Virus record (IMG/VR): IMGVR_UViG_3300012983_000001
Span: 96,001 to 160,000 of that record
Source: a virus
Lineage: Duplodnaviria > Caudoviricetes
Reading direction: 5' to 3' (one strand)
Length of the DNA stretch: 64,000 nucleotides
Below the pieces are notes generated by a model. It had not been told where the DNA came from. It did not search any database and saw only the letters and a list, made by a program, of their open reading frames with translations. This document shows, piece after piece, positions 47,064 through 56,262 of this stretch; position 1 is the stretch's first letter; each line of letters starts with the position of its first letter. The translations under genes were made by a program, and so were the position numbers.

Positions 47064-48659
47064 TTAATCCTCCTCTGCAAACTCTACATTTATTACAGAA
47101 CATAATTGCACGGCTTTCACCATGTAACATGTTGTCAGACTTAAATATACTTTGATTTCGCCTTGACTATAATACGGAACGATTCTAAAATCATATGCTG
47201 TAATAATATCATAAGCAAATAATTGTTCCAGTATTTGCTGTAAGTCATTGGCTACAATATCATCTTCAACAAGTTCTACCATATTGTATCCTATGTAGTA
47301 TTGGAAAAGTTTGTTGATGTACGACATACACATTTGTATCATGCGTACATTACAATATAGTTTGAAATTTTCATGCGAAGGTGATGCGGTAATGCCATCA
47401 TATACAACAGGCGTGTTATATAATGGACTTTGTCGGAAAGTAACAATACCAGTATCCGCCAAATCCTTAAGGACTTCTTCTGAAAACTCATGGTGTAGAC
47501 TAATTGTATCGGATATTGGAATGTTTGTAGTACCACTAGTAACAACTGTATTAGCACACAATGCTGCATATGCTAAGTATCCATTATCTATAATGGTTCC
47601 TCTGTTATATCGAATATCACCGCCTACAACAGATATCAGAAATGCATAGAATGGATTAGAACAACACGCTAGGTTATATTCGTAACATGCCTTGTACATT
47701 TCAGCAATATCGTCTGCTTCAAACAGATATTGACTCCAATACTTATAGCTTGAATTATAACCTATAATTCCAGTAGTTACCATACCAAAATTCATCTGGC
47801 GAATACAGAATTGTAATAACTGGTCCATAAAGGATAGTTTTTTGCCAGATGGGTCTTCAGATAAGTAATCTTTAGTGGACTGATAATACTTTTTGTTATA
47901 CTGATATTGTGTTCCTTCAGAATCATCAGGATAGATATCATCCATGAATGCATCAATTGGAATAACGATATCAATGTCATGTGACTCAAGAATATCATAC
48001 GTCTGATTCAGGCAGTTGTAAAGTAAATTTTTCGAATAGTTTAATCCACATTGCCCGCCATACATATAGATATCTGTAGGATTACACGCAAAAAATGCAT
48101 GTTTTGTTGGAGTAGCTGCATCTACATAGTAGTATGCGTATATATGACTACGCTTTTGTCTGGTATCCTGATTGATTGCAGCTGCTAATTTATCCATTGT
48201 CGGATAATCGCTGTACTTATATTCCAGCTTTCCTAAGCCTAAATCTTTTGGAAAGATAATGGTTATCTTGTCGATATCTATCAGAATTTCCACTTCATTG
48301 AAGATTTCATTACTTTGAGATGCCACAAGCATGAAACCATTCTCGATAATCTCGCCATCCTGAATGTTTATATTCAGATATGCACTGGAATGTTCACCAG
48401 TTGTTTTAACTAAATAAACGAGATTATCTTTACTTGTGTATTTCAAAGCATGAAACGCATCTATTAGGGTACCATGTTTACCGAATTTATTGTAAAGACC
48501 AACGGTTGATTTAATCAACACAGGTTCATTTGTTGGTCCAAATTCAGCGGAGCCCAATAAGTATATATGCTTACCATGAAGTGTATCTTGTAGTATGGAT
48601 GAGATTAAGCTTTGGCGGTATGCCTTTAATTCTTGAGTAGTTTGCTCGGCCATATACAT
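47064..48659 (-). CDS. Second, divergent tail sheath-like protein (531 aa)
   Basis: YLLGSAEFGPTNEPVLI, MYGGQCG, YDILESHDIDIVIP, GYLAYAAL..N....GTTN, VVYDGITA..., all colinear with the 805-aa sheath. Confidence 0.75.
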   Translation of the reverse strand: MYMAEQTTQELKAYRQSLISSILQDTLHGKHIYLLGSAEFGPTNEPVLIKSTVGLYNKFGKHGTLIDAFHALKYTSKDNLVYLVKTTGEHSSAYLNINIQDGEIIENGFMLVASQSNEIFNEVEILIDIDKITIIFPKDLGLGKLEYKYSDYPTMDKLAAAINQDTRQKRSHIYAYYYVDAATPTKHAFFACNPTDIYMYGGQCGLNYSKNLLYNCLNQTYDILESHDIDIVIPIDAFMDDIYPDDSEGTQYQYNKKYYQSTKDYLSEDPSGKKLSFMDQLLQFCIRQMNFGMVTTGIIGYNSSYKYWSQYLFEADDIAEMYKACYEYNLACCSNPFYAFLISVVGGDIRYNRGTIIDNGYLAYAALCANTVVTSGTTNIPISDTISLHHEFSEEVLKDLADTGIVTFRQSPLYNTPVVYDGITASPSHENFKLYCNVRMIQMCMSYINKLFQYYIGYNMVELVEDDIVANDLQQILEQLFAYDIITAYDFRIVPYYSQGEIKVYLSLTTCYMVKAVQLCSVINVEFAEED

Positions 48660-49222
48660 TTACCTCCCTTCAGTAATTGAGAAACTGCTTTTCTAGGTAA
48701 TGAAGATAAGATGTTTGTAAATGGTCTGACTAGGTCAGTACGGCTATCAATTAAACAGCCGTTAAGCTCTACTCTACCCTTGTCTCCACGCATTTCGTAA
48801 ACATTTGTTATTTCTAACACTTGTAAAACATCCACAGGATAGCCTTGCTTATCCCAAGTAACTTTCAAAATCATGTCGCGTTCTTTTGGGTTGTATTGGT
48901 GACGGATATAATATATTTCATTTTTCTGGTTTGTGACGCCAGTTGGATTCGTTGTGATGGAGTTTTCTGAAGAGTAAGCACTATTAGAACTTTCGATTGC
49001 TCTAAGTTTCTGAATGCTGGCAAAATGTCCCGTTCCCATACATAATTTACAATTAGGGTCACCAGTCTTATTCAGGTCATCAAAGCAAGTGCATCTAACA
49101 AACTTACAGTTACGAATATACAAGACGTTGATGCCAAACTCATCTGTAAGAAGTTCAGCATCATGTCTAAGGTTAATCTCAACATTTTTCATTTCCAAGG
49201 TTTTGTCTGTAAACTTATACAT
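48626..49222 (-). CDS. Putative head-closure/neck protein with a Cys4 motif (198 aa)
   Basis: RCTCFD...GDPNCKLCMGTG; PKERDMIL...RGDKGRVE; positioned between the adaptor-like and sheath genes. Confidence 0.55.
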   Translation of the reverse strand: MYKFTDKTLEMKNVEINLRHDAELLTDEFGINVLYIRNCKFVRCTCFDDLNKTGDPNCKLCMGTGHFASIQKLRAIESSNSAYSSENSITTNPTGVTNQKNEIYYIRHQYNPKERDMILKVTWDKQGYPVDVLQVLEITNVYEMRGDKGRVELNGCLIDSRTDLVRPFTNILSSLPRKAVSQLLKGGKCIWPSKLLKN

Positions 49223-50100
49223 TAGAAATTAGTCTCCCTTGCCCAGTCTTCGTAACTATAGTTATTGATAGCTTTTACGCCAGATGCAACGATATTGATA
49301 CCTCTGATAGTGTTATCAGCTTCCTGGAACTGGTCTTTAAGACCATCAAGAAGATTATCAATATACGGTAACTTAGTGCTCTTCTCTATAGAGATATCTC
49401 CAATTTCTTTACGAACAGAACCATATCGGTATGAGATACCGTAATACCGAGCCATTATCAGGGCGATTTCTGTTTTATATCGAACCCAATTCTTTACGGC
49501 ACGATTCGGAGTCGTATAGTTTCCATCACCATCTACTTCATAAGTAACGTTTTCTACTGCTTCGTCTGCGTTAGCTAATTCATCAATCAATTCTATTACT
49601 TCAACGCTGTTTCTGTAAATCATTGAATTGATATATTCTTCGGTAAAGCCTTCAATGAATTCACCGATATCCTCCCATACTTTCTTCGAGGATACAAACA
49701 GAGGAGATAACTTTGACACGAATGACCATTTAAAGATATCTTTACCGATACATATCTGGACTTCGTATTTATTATTACCCTTCAGTCGTTTTACGGTGCC
49801 ATATTTCTTATATAAGGCATTTGGCTTATCTGCCTTACCAGAAGATACAATTTCAAGATTGATTTTCTGTGAAGCAACGTTACTGATAACAGAAACAATA
49901 TCTCCTTCGTTTAATGGGCTATGAAAGATTACCTTACCAGTATCTTGTACAGTAAGGTAATCTTCATCTTCTCCAAGTGTTTGAAGCATCCCATTAACGA
50001 AAATAGATATAGTGTCATTGATGAAAGGTTTTTCGACATTGAAAACCTGCTGTCCTTGTGTAGCAGTAAATTTTTCATTCACCGAATACTTTCTCATCAT
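49222..50100 (-). CDS. Putative head-tail adaptor/neck protein
   Basis: N-terminal FTATQGQQVF...IFVNGMLQ..G.DY module; C-terminal AVKNWVRYK...RKEIGDISIEKS resembles adaptor proteins. ATG 50100 has a GTAGGTG RBS. Confidence 0.5.
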   Translation of the reverse strand: MMRKYSVNEKFTATQGQQVFNVEKPFINDTISIFVNGMLQTLGEDEDYLTVQDTGKVIFHSPLNEGDIVSVISNVASQKINLEIVSSGKADKPNALYKKYGTVKRLKGNNKYEVQICIGKDIFKWSFVSKLSPLFVSSKKVWEDIGEFIEGFTEEYINSMIYRNSVEVIELIDELANADEAVENVTYEVDGDGNYTTPNRAVKNWVRYKTEIALIMARYYGISYRYGSVRKEIGDISIEKSTKLPYIDNLLDGLKDQFQEADNTIRGINIVASGVKAINNYSYEDWARETNF

Positions 50101-50113
50101 TTTCACCTACTTT

Positions 50114-50425
50114 TTATTCCTGGTTTAACTGAGTATGTAATCCTGTTAATTCAGGATGCAATCTTTCGGTCATAATCATTGTATGCTCGATATTGCTGAT
50201 TTTTTTAGAATGCGCTGCAATAATCTCATCCTGCTCGCTATTATGGTCCCAAAGTCTTTTATGACTTTTTTCATTATCTTGTTCGATACGATTAATGGCA
50301 TCACGTAACACATCTACTGAGTTATTTAACTTAGTGATGCTAGTGTTAAGTTTCATCATTGGACCAGTAATAGCAATAACGAAGGTAACTAAAGCAGCGA
50401 TACCTAAGAAGATTTCCCATGTCAT
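50114..50425 (-). CDS. Holin/XhlA-like single-TM coiled-coil protein (103 aa)
   Basis: MTWEIFLGIAALVTFVIAITGP hydrophobic helix followed by coiled coil KLNTSITKLNNSV...H...I...E. Confidence 0.55.
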   Translation of the reverse strand: MTWEIFLGIAALVTFVIAITGPMMKLNTSITKLNNSVDVLRDAINRIEQDNEKSHKRLWDHNSEQDEIIAAHSKKISNIEHTMIMTERLHPELTGLHTQLNQE

Positions 50426-50440
50426 AGCCTATTCCTCCTA

Positions 50441-51235
50441 TTATTGTGCTGTGCCATCATCTATGGCATATGTAACTACTGTTTCTAATGCGTCCTTGAT
50501 AGCCTCATCCACTGCTGGTAATACAGAGTTAATGATGTAATTAACTAATGCTTCTTCTGTTACTAATTTTGTAGCAGAAGGAGCTGTGCCACCTTCGGTG
50601 GTTCCGTCGCCATCATTAATGGATGTAGCTTTGTCAATATACACGCCACCATTAGTCTCATCGACTTTAATAGATTCCTCTCCTGCTTTGATTTTCAGTT
50701 CTCCAGAAATCTTATTGTCAGCAGAGATAGACATCTTGATGGAATTCGTGTCTTGGGTGGTATATACATTCTGTAAATAATTCTTCAGAGAGATGAAGTA
50801 ATAGCTTTCGCCACCAGCTTCATTGTCCGTATCTGCTGTAAATAACAGACCAACTTCGCCTGCGGTTACACCCTCTGGTTTAGTAATCGCACTGTTGGTT
50901 AAATCATCAGCTGTCAGTGTATGGCTTTCTACTTTTCTAAAGAACGATGTAGACAATACAGAAGATACATTGCCGACTTTGTCTGCTACATAATCAACGA
51001 TTGCCTTTGTGCTTGCAACCGATGTATTGTCAGCCGTAAATCCTTCAGCAAGCATATCAGTTACGATATTGCTAAGAACATTGTCGTCATCAGTAGCATC
51101 AAAAAGCTTTACAGAGCCGAGATAACCAACGCCAGTATTTAGCAAATAGAAAGTCATCGGGTCTTTAGTTACAACGGCATCGTACTGTGCTTGTGGGTCT
51201 GCGCTTGTAAACAATTTGAACTTAAAAGCTGCCAT
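50441..51235 (-). CDS. Virion structural/fibre-associated protein
   Basis: Start moved to MAAFK (51235, AAGGAGG RBS); motifs ASTKAIVDYV and LVTEEALVNYI typical of fibre shaft proteins. Confidence 0.45.
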   Translation of the reverse strand: MAAFKFKLFTSADPQAQYDAVVTKDPMTFYLLNTGVGYLGSVKLFDATDDDNVLSNIVTDMLAEGFTADNTSVASTKAIVDYVADKVGNVSSVLSTSFFRKVESHTLTADDLTNSAITKPEGVTAGEVGLLFTADTDNEAGGESYYFISLKNYLQNVYTTQDTNSIKMSISADNKISGELKIKAGEESIKVDETNGGVYIDKATSINDGDGTTEGGTAPSATKLVTEEALVNYIINSVLPAVDEAIKDALETVVTYAIDDGTAQ

Positions 51236-51263
51236 AGTTTTGCCCTCCTTTTTATTTTTAGTG

Positions 51264-51303
51264 TATAGCATACCGAAGCTTATTAGTACTTCGGTATGCT
51301 ATA
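51264..51303. promoter_or_regulatory. Perfect 15-bp intergenic inverted repeat
   Basis: TATAGCATACCGAAG-10 nt-CTTCGGTATGCTATA between the 270-aa stop and the RBS of the next gene. Confidence 0.75.
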
Positions 51304-51312
51304 TTATTGTGA

Positions 51313-52125
51313 TTATACGTTTTTAATAACAGAATAAGCATCACCTGTATTCTGTACAGTGTAACCATCAGCAACATAGTTAACAGGGTTATTTTCTGTA
51401 CCGTTATCATCAGTAGTTGCACCAGAAGGGTCGAACTGATAGAAAGTACCACCCTTGACGGTGATGGTACCGCCAACAGTATTATTGACATTTAAAGTCC
51501 AGCGAGGAGTCTGGCAGGTAAAAGTACCGCCGTTGATAGTTGCAGAACCACCTTTGACGTAAATCAGGTCATAGTGGTCATGTTCACCTGCACCTACGTT
51601 GGTAAAATTACCACCATTGATGATAACATTACCGCCATTGACGAAAACACCGATACTCCAGTCATTATTACCAACGCTATTAACAATACTATTCTCGTCA
51701 CCATTGATGGTTAGAGTACCTGCGGTAACCCAGAATACACCGTTACCATCGGTATCTTCAGGCATTGCAATATTCATGCCGTTTAGGTCAATGGTCAAGT
51801 CTTTTGTAATCTCGATTGCAGTCTTTAAAGTAACATCGCTCAACAGAGTAATAGTCTGACCTTCAGTTGCAGCAGCAACTGCCCCTTCGAGAGTGGAATA
51901 AGATTGCTCACCAATCTTTACTTGGATTTCGCCAAGCTCAACTAAAGTATCTTCAATAGCCTGTTGAACTTCTGCATCTGTTACTAAAGCCTCACCACTA
52001 ATTTGCCTACCATTAAAGAGCAGTATACCATCTTCGCTTTCGCTTAACTTATCCAAGACAGCTTTGTTAGGAAAATATCCCTGAAGTACGCCTACAATGT
52101 ATGTTTGTAATTGATTTAATGTCAT
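51313..52125 (-). CDS. Beta-helix (pectin-lyase-like) virion protein (270 aa)
   Basis: YSTLEGAVAAA...TITLLSDV...LTIDLNG, repeated INGGxF rungs, YQFDPS; N-terminal NKAVLDKLSE module. Confidence 0.6.
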   Translation of the reverse strand: MTLNQLQTYIVGVLQGYFPNKAVLDKLSESEDGILLFNGRQISGEALVTDAEVQQAIEDTLVELGEIQVKIGEQSYSTLEGAVAAATEGQTITLLSDVTLKTAIEITKDLTIDLNGMNIAMPEDTDGNGVFWVTAGTLTINGDENSIVNSVGNNDWSIGVFVNGGNVIINGGNFTNVGAGEHDHYDLIYVKGGSATINGGTFTCQTPRWTLNVNNTVGGTITVKGGTFYQFDPSGATTDDNGTENNPVNYVADGYTVQNTGDAYSVIKNV

Positions 52126-52128
52126 GGT

Positions 52129-52731
52129 TTATCCCTCCTTTTTTAATAAAATGTTTAAGGTATCAGTAATTGCTTGTTGTATTTCTATATCTGTAACTAC
52201 AGGAAATACAGGAATTCCTTTATAGTTTAACAGCCCATCTGTATCAGATAAGTCATTGAGTACTAATAAATTTTCATGTTCATGACTATCTGTTTTAAGT
52301 AAATAGTCCTTAAGTAATTCTTCAACTTCGGTCTTTAGTATGTATTGTTCAAGATTTACTCTTGTGTTGCCGATAAGTTCCCATTGACCATCAAGATACA
52401 TGTATTCTTCATAGTAATTCTTATCTATTGGGTCAACTGCAAGAAAATATATACATGCTGTTTTGATATCTTCAGTAGGCAATTCAGTGACTTTAATAAT
52501 TTGCAATGAAGTAGATGCATTAAATAACTCTTTTGCATATTGCTTAGCATTATCTAGTATAGCGTTCCATGTATCTTTGTCTTCTTGAGTAACGTGAATT
52601 ACAAGATTACTAGTATGGTCATTTAAGTTGTTACCGCCAGTACTTTCTATCAAGGCCTTCACTTCATCTATTTTACCAAGCAGAATAAGATTATTTAGAT
52701 ACAATGCATCCTTAAGGTTTTGCAGGGTCAC
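52129..52731 (-). CDS. Fibre-module protein
   Basis: Probable GTG start at 52731 (GGGAGGTG RBS). HTSNLVIHVTQEDKDTWN, LPTEDI...YEEYMYLDGQWELIG, HEHENLLVLNDLS. Confidence 0.5.
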   Translation of the reverse strand: MTLQNLKDALYLNNLILLGKIDEVKALIESTGGNNLNDHTSNLVIHVTQEDKDTWNAILDNAKQYAKELFNASTSLQIIKVTELPTEDIKTACIYFLAVDPIDKNYYEEYMYLDGQWELIGNTRVNLEQYILKTEVEELLKDYLLKTDSHEHENLLVLNDLSDTDGLLNYKGIPVFPVVTDIEIQQAITDTLNILLKKEG

Positions 52732-53110
52732 TTGTATCACCTCCCGTATTGTCTTCATCGCCTCCGTCATACTCAGGGTCTATTTCTAACCACAATTCGT
52801 GTATCATTACAGTAATCTGAGTTTTCGTGTATTCCTGAGAAACAGTTACGTCATTAAATACCAAAACATTGTTGATATAGTCGAACTTTGAAAGCAAATC
52901 ATATTGTTTTTGACTTAACATCGTTACGTTACTTACATATAAGCCATCTGTTTCTAAGGTTACAGCGTTATTGTCTTTCTTCGATACGGAAGGAAATACA
53001 GGGGTGTCCTTATAATATAATATACCGCCAACATCAGAAAGCTTGTCTATTACATCAAAGTTTTCATGAAAATGTAGCTGTATTAAACTTCCTGGGCTGT
53101 TATTATTCAT
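52712..53110 (-). CDS. Small fibre-module protein
   Basis: HFHENFDVIDKLSDVGGILYY and SKKDNNAVTLETDGLYV modules shared with neighbours. Confidence 0.5.
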   Translation of the reverse strand: MNNNSPGSLIQLHFHENFDVIDKLSDVGGILYYKDTPVFPSVSKKDNNAVTLETDGLYVSNVTMLSQKQYDLLSKFDYINNVLVFNDVTVSQEYTKTQITVMIHELWLEIDPEYDGGDEDNTGGDTSDPAKP

Positions 53111-54299
53111 TACTATCGTCACCCTTCCTTATTCCTGTAATTCGATAGACACACACGTTATGATAGTAGTTTATCCATATCTTGTTTTCGTGCATCCTAA
53201 TCTTTGAATTAGATACGAGAATACCATATCCGTATTCTAACATGTAGTCTATGCCTTTCTCGTAAAGAAGATTGAGTACATCAGTATCAATGACTGCTGT
53301 TTTTGCACACCCTGGCGTATCTTGAGGGTCATTTGGTTTATAGTAATATTCTACCAGAAGTATGTTGTAATTGTCTATAAAATCTTTTAATTCATACACG
53401 CCTGAATCAGTTAACTCGTAATCTAAAAGATTTATCTTTGCAAATGCCGATGATATCTGCATTGTTTTGATTTCGTCTGTATAGTCACGCACATAAAGCT
53501 GGCCGTTAATCAATTGTGCTGCGTTTTTGTCTTGACTAGACACTCCAATGTCATGAATATTAGCGCCGTCATAAAGCAATTCACCATTTTCATTTTCAGT
53601 AAACTTATCAATAACAGATTGGTTATCATGAACATGGCTATTATCTATAGCATCTTGCGCATCTGTTTTAAGTACATAATGATTTAATATGGTATTGGTA
53701 ACGCCAAGCTTAATCCATTGTCCCATGATATACATGTTCATAGTACATGGACAACCTTCAGGACACTCTGGGTCATTATCAAGTAAGTATATAGTTGTTT
53801 CAGAAATATCATCTTCTTCAGGTAATGTAGACACAGGACGTATTTCCAGAATTTTTAACTTCTGAATTTCATCTAATGTAAACACTTTGGCATCTGCCAG
53901 CATTTGATTCCACGTATCTTTATCTAATTGTGTTACATGAATTTCATTATCATTTGTATGGTCTGTATGCTGCTGAATTTCTGTTGAGTAATCTGTGACA
54001 AATATACCATCAGGTAATTGTTGTATTGCATTATCTGCTTGTGCAGACACACGACATAAGAGATGTGTATCATAATAGATATTACCTTGGTCATCAGCAG
54101 TAATTTTGTTCAAGATTGCCTTAATGGTAGCATCAACATGTACGTCTGTATTATTCATGTGCGCATTCAAGTCATTGGTGTAATCTTTTACATATAAACC
54201 ATCACTAAGCATCTGGAAGGCATTATCAGCTTGTGCAGACAATCTGAAGATACCATTCAGTATGTAGATTAAATCGTCTTTCGTTAACGCTTTCTGCAT
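53103..54299 (-). CDS. Fibre-module protein
   Basis: Start moved to MQKAL (54299). S(A/S)QxxNAxQxxxxxxxVxDY repeated three times; IHVTQLDKDTWN; HVHDNQSVIDKF. Confidence 0.55.
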   Translation of the reverse strand: MQKALTKDDLIYILNGIFRLSAQADNAFQMLSDGLYVKDYTNDLNAHMNNTDVHVDATIKAILNKITADDQGNIYYDTHLLCRVSAQADNAIQQLPDGIFVTDYSTEIQQHTDHTNDNEIHVTQLDKDTWNQMLADAKVFTLDEIQKLKILEIRPVSTLPEEDDISETTIYLLDNDPECPEGCPCTMNMYIMGQWIKLGVTNTILNHYVLKTDAQDAIDNSHVHDNQSVIDKFTENENGELLYDGANIHDIGVSSQDKNAAQLINGQLYVRDYTDEIKTMQISSAFAKINLLDYELTDSGVYELKDFIDNYNILLVEYYYKPNDPQDTPGCAKTAVIDTDVLNLLYEKGIDYMLEYGYGILVSNSKIRMHENKIWINYYHNVCVYRITGIRKGDDSNE

Positions 54300-54310
54300 A
54301 TCACTTCCTC

Positions 54311-54832
54311 CTACCAAATGTTTTGTATAATCTCATCAAGCTCTTCCTGTGTATATGGCTGAAAATCAGTTTGTGTAGACTCTTCTTCTTGCTTCAAACG
54401 ATAACCACGCTGTATGTCGACACGTAATCCGTCTGGCATTTGTACTGCAATCTGTTTGTGTATCATATTTGGAGCCATACTAACTAATTTACCTGGTATA
54501 AGCTCAGACAAATATAATGGCGTATCGACATCGAATTTAAGCCTATCAGTTAATATATATCCTGAAGTGATAAACTTACAAGTGTGATTATCAATAACAG
54601 ATGATATTACTCCGCAGACTTCTGATTCCATGGTGTTAATTGCCAGAGCTTTCTCAAAAGTTTGCTTTTGTATATTATAATATATCACATCGCCAACTTG
54701 AAATCCATGGTTTTCTTGTTGAATTGTAACATCTTTATCTATATGCTCATACACTCCAAGGAATTCCAAATCATGAATGTCGTGACCATAAGGCACTTCT
54801 AATATCAATGAATTATTCTTTGTTTTTACCAT
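54311..54832 (-). CDS. Virion protein with a QxxHG...LYLS..PG module (173 aa)
   Basis: QENHGFQVGDVIYY...KALA...V.G.IS.V.D...TSG...PLYLSELIPGKL; C-terminal PYTQEELDEII. Confidence 0.5.
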   Translation of the reverse strand: MVKTKNNSLILEVPYGHDIHDLEFLGVYEHIDKDVTIQQENHGFQVGDVIYYNIQKQTFEKALAINTMESEVCGVISSVIDNHTCKFITSGYILTDRLKFDVDTPLYLSELIPGKLVSMAPNMIHKQIAVQMPDGLRVDIQRGYRLKQEEESTQTDFQPYTQEELDEIIQNIW

Positions 54833-56253
54833 TACATCACCCCAGTCACTGTTTGTGCAATAATATCATCAAGCTCTTGCTTTGTGTATTTCTCAAAGTC
54901 ATCTTGATATGTCGAGTACGGTGCCAATTTAGAACCAGTAGAACCTTGCTCAATTCTAATAAGAATTCTGTTGTTGGTATAAACAGCCACTGGTACATAT
55001 ACCATTGAAGTAATCTCTTGATATTGAACTAAAGCTCCAGGAGTAGTATCTGATAAGTATAATATTGTTGTATCTTTACAGTCTAATGTGGTCCATGGTA
55101 TTGCGCCTGTAGTTACAAGAGTAAAAGTGTCTTTATCATATACATCAGCTATAATACCAACTGGTGGGTTGAAATCCGTAACAATAGCAATCGCTCTTTC
55201 ATACTTGCCATCGGACGTTAAACAGACAACATCATGTTTGTGCAATCCGTGATTTTCTTGTACTACATCTTCTGGCGTCAGTAATTTATCGGGCGTAACA
55301 TTTAAGTAATCAAAACGAAATACCGTTCGTCCAAATATATCTCTGTCTATATTAGTATTCTTTTTGTTTTCCTGAAAGACAGCTTCAATTGTTATATCAT
55401 AACCAGGAGAAGTAATATTTAGCACTTCGTTATATGCTTGATATTGTAAATCGTAATCTTGACATGCCCACTCTTGAAATAATTTCAATGCGTTGTATGG
55501 TTTCTGTAATTCGATTCTAACAGGATATCGTGTACATGCACGATATAACTGTGTATCAAACGAATTCTTTACAGTGATTTCGTATACATCACTAATACGT
55601 TCAATAGTAGCATAGCCATCAATACGGTCTGTATCACTGCCTTCTTGTGTAAATGCATCGTATAGACACGGATTACAGAATCCAGAACCACCACCTGCAT
55701 TAAATGAAGTGGAATCCGAACTGTATCCACCATACCATCCGCCACCGCCAGCAGGCTTATTATCAACACCATTTTGTCCTTGACCAAAAGCATATCCTTT
55801 GGATTGAGTTGCTCTTCTGTTACCGCGTCGCTCTGGTCCAGCCTCTAATCCGCCACCATGACCATAGTTTTCTGGATTTGTTTTTCCTGCACCACCGCCA
55901 CCACCTGCAACTAAAAGAACATCAAGTTCATGTTCAGAATATCCTGACAATGTACCATGATTACTAATGGCAATATGTGTAGCTCCACCACCACCATTAT
56001 TATTTGGACTACTTCCACCACCATTATATCCATTGGTAGGGTCTGACGATGGACCGCCAGCCTTACCAACGCATACATATAACGTGACATTATGCTGAGC
56101 TAAATAAAATCCTTCGCTATAACCACCATTGGACCGAGAATATGGATTATTGCCATTATTCGTACCGCCTTTGGCTCCATAGCAAGTTATTTTATATAAC
56201 CCAGCAGTTAAATGGATTTCTTGTACTTGATTCATATAATTGAACTCATACAT
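54832..56253 (-). CDS. Glycine-rich-domain virion protein
   Basis: Start moved to MYEFNY (56253). YKITCYGAKGG...GGYSEG...LYVCVG..GG...GYNGGG...GGGATHI...LLVAGGGGGAG...GGGGWYGG is a Gly_rich-type domain; C-terminal QENHG module. Confidence 0.7.
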   Translation of the reverse strand: MYEFNYMNQVQEIHLTAGLYKITCYGAKGGTNNGNNPYSRSNGGYSEGFYLAQHNVTLYVCVGKAGGPSSDPTNGYNGGGSSPNNNGGGGATHIAISNHGTLSGYSEHELDVLLVAGGGGGAGKTNPENYGHGGGLEAGPERRGNRRATQSKGYAFGQGQNGVDNKPAGGGGWYGGYSSDSTSFNAGGGSGFCNPCLYDAFTQEGSDTDRIDGYATIERISDVYEITVKNSFDTQLYRACTRYPVRIELQKPYNALKLFQEWACQDYDLQYQAYNEVLNITSPGYDITIEAVFQENKKNTNIDRDIFGRTVFRFDYLNVTPDKLLTPEDVVQENHGLHKHDVVCLTSDGKYERAIAIVTDFNPPVGIIADVYDKDTFTLVTTGAIPWTTLDCKDTTILYLSDTTPGALVQYQEITSMVYVPVAVYTNNRILIRIEQGSTGSKLAPYSTYQDDFEKYTKQELDDIIAQTVTGVM

Positions 56254-56262
56254 GAATATCAC

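Noticed and set aside
39467-48659. Headless extracellular contractile injection system (PVC/Afp-like), suggested by multiple sheath and tube paralogues
   Set aside because: Neck/head-closure-like genes, chaperones, many fibre genes and a putative virion RNAP fit a DNA-delivering phage better, and no Afp15-type AAA ATPase is present. The capsid genes are outside the window, so this is not formally excluded.
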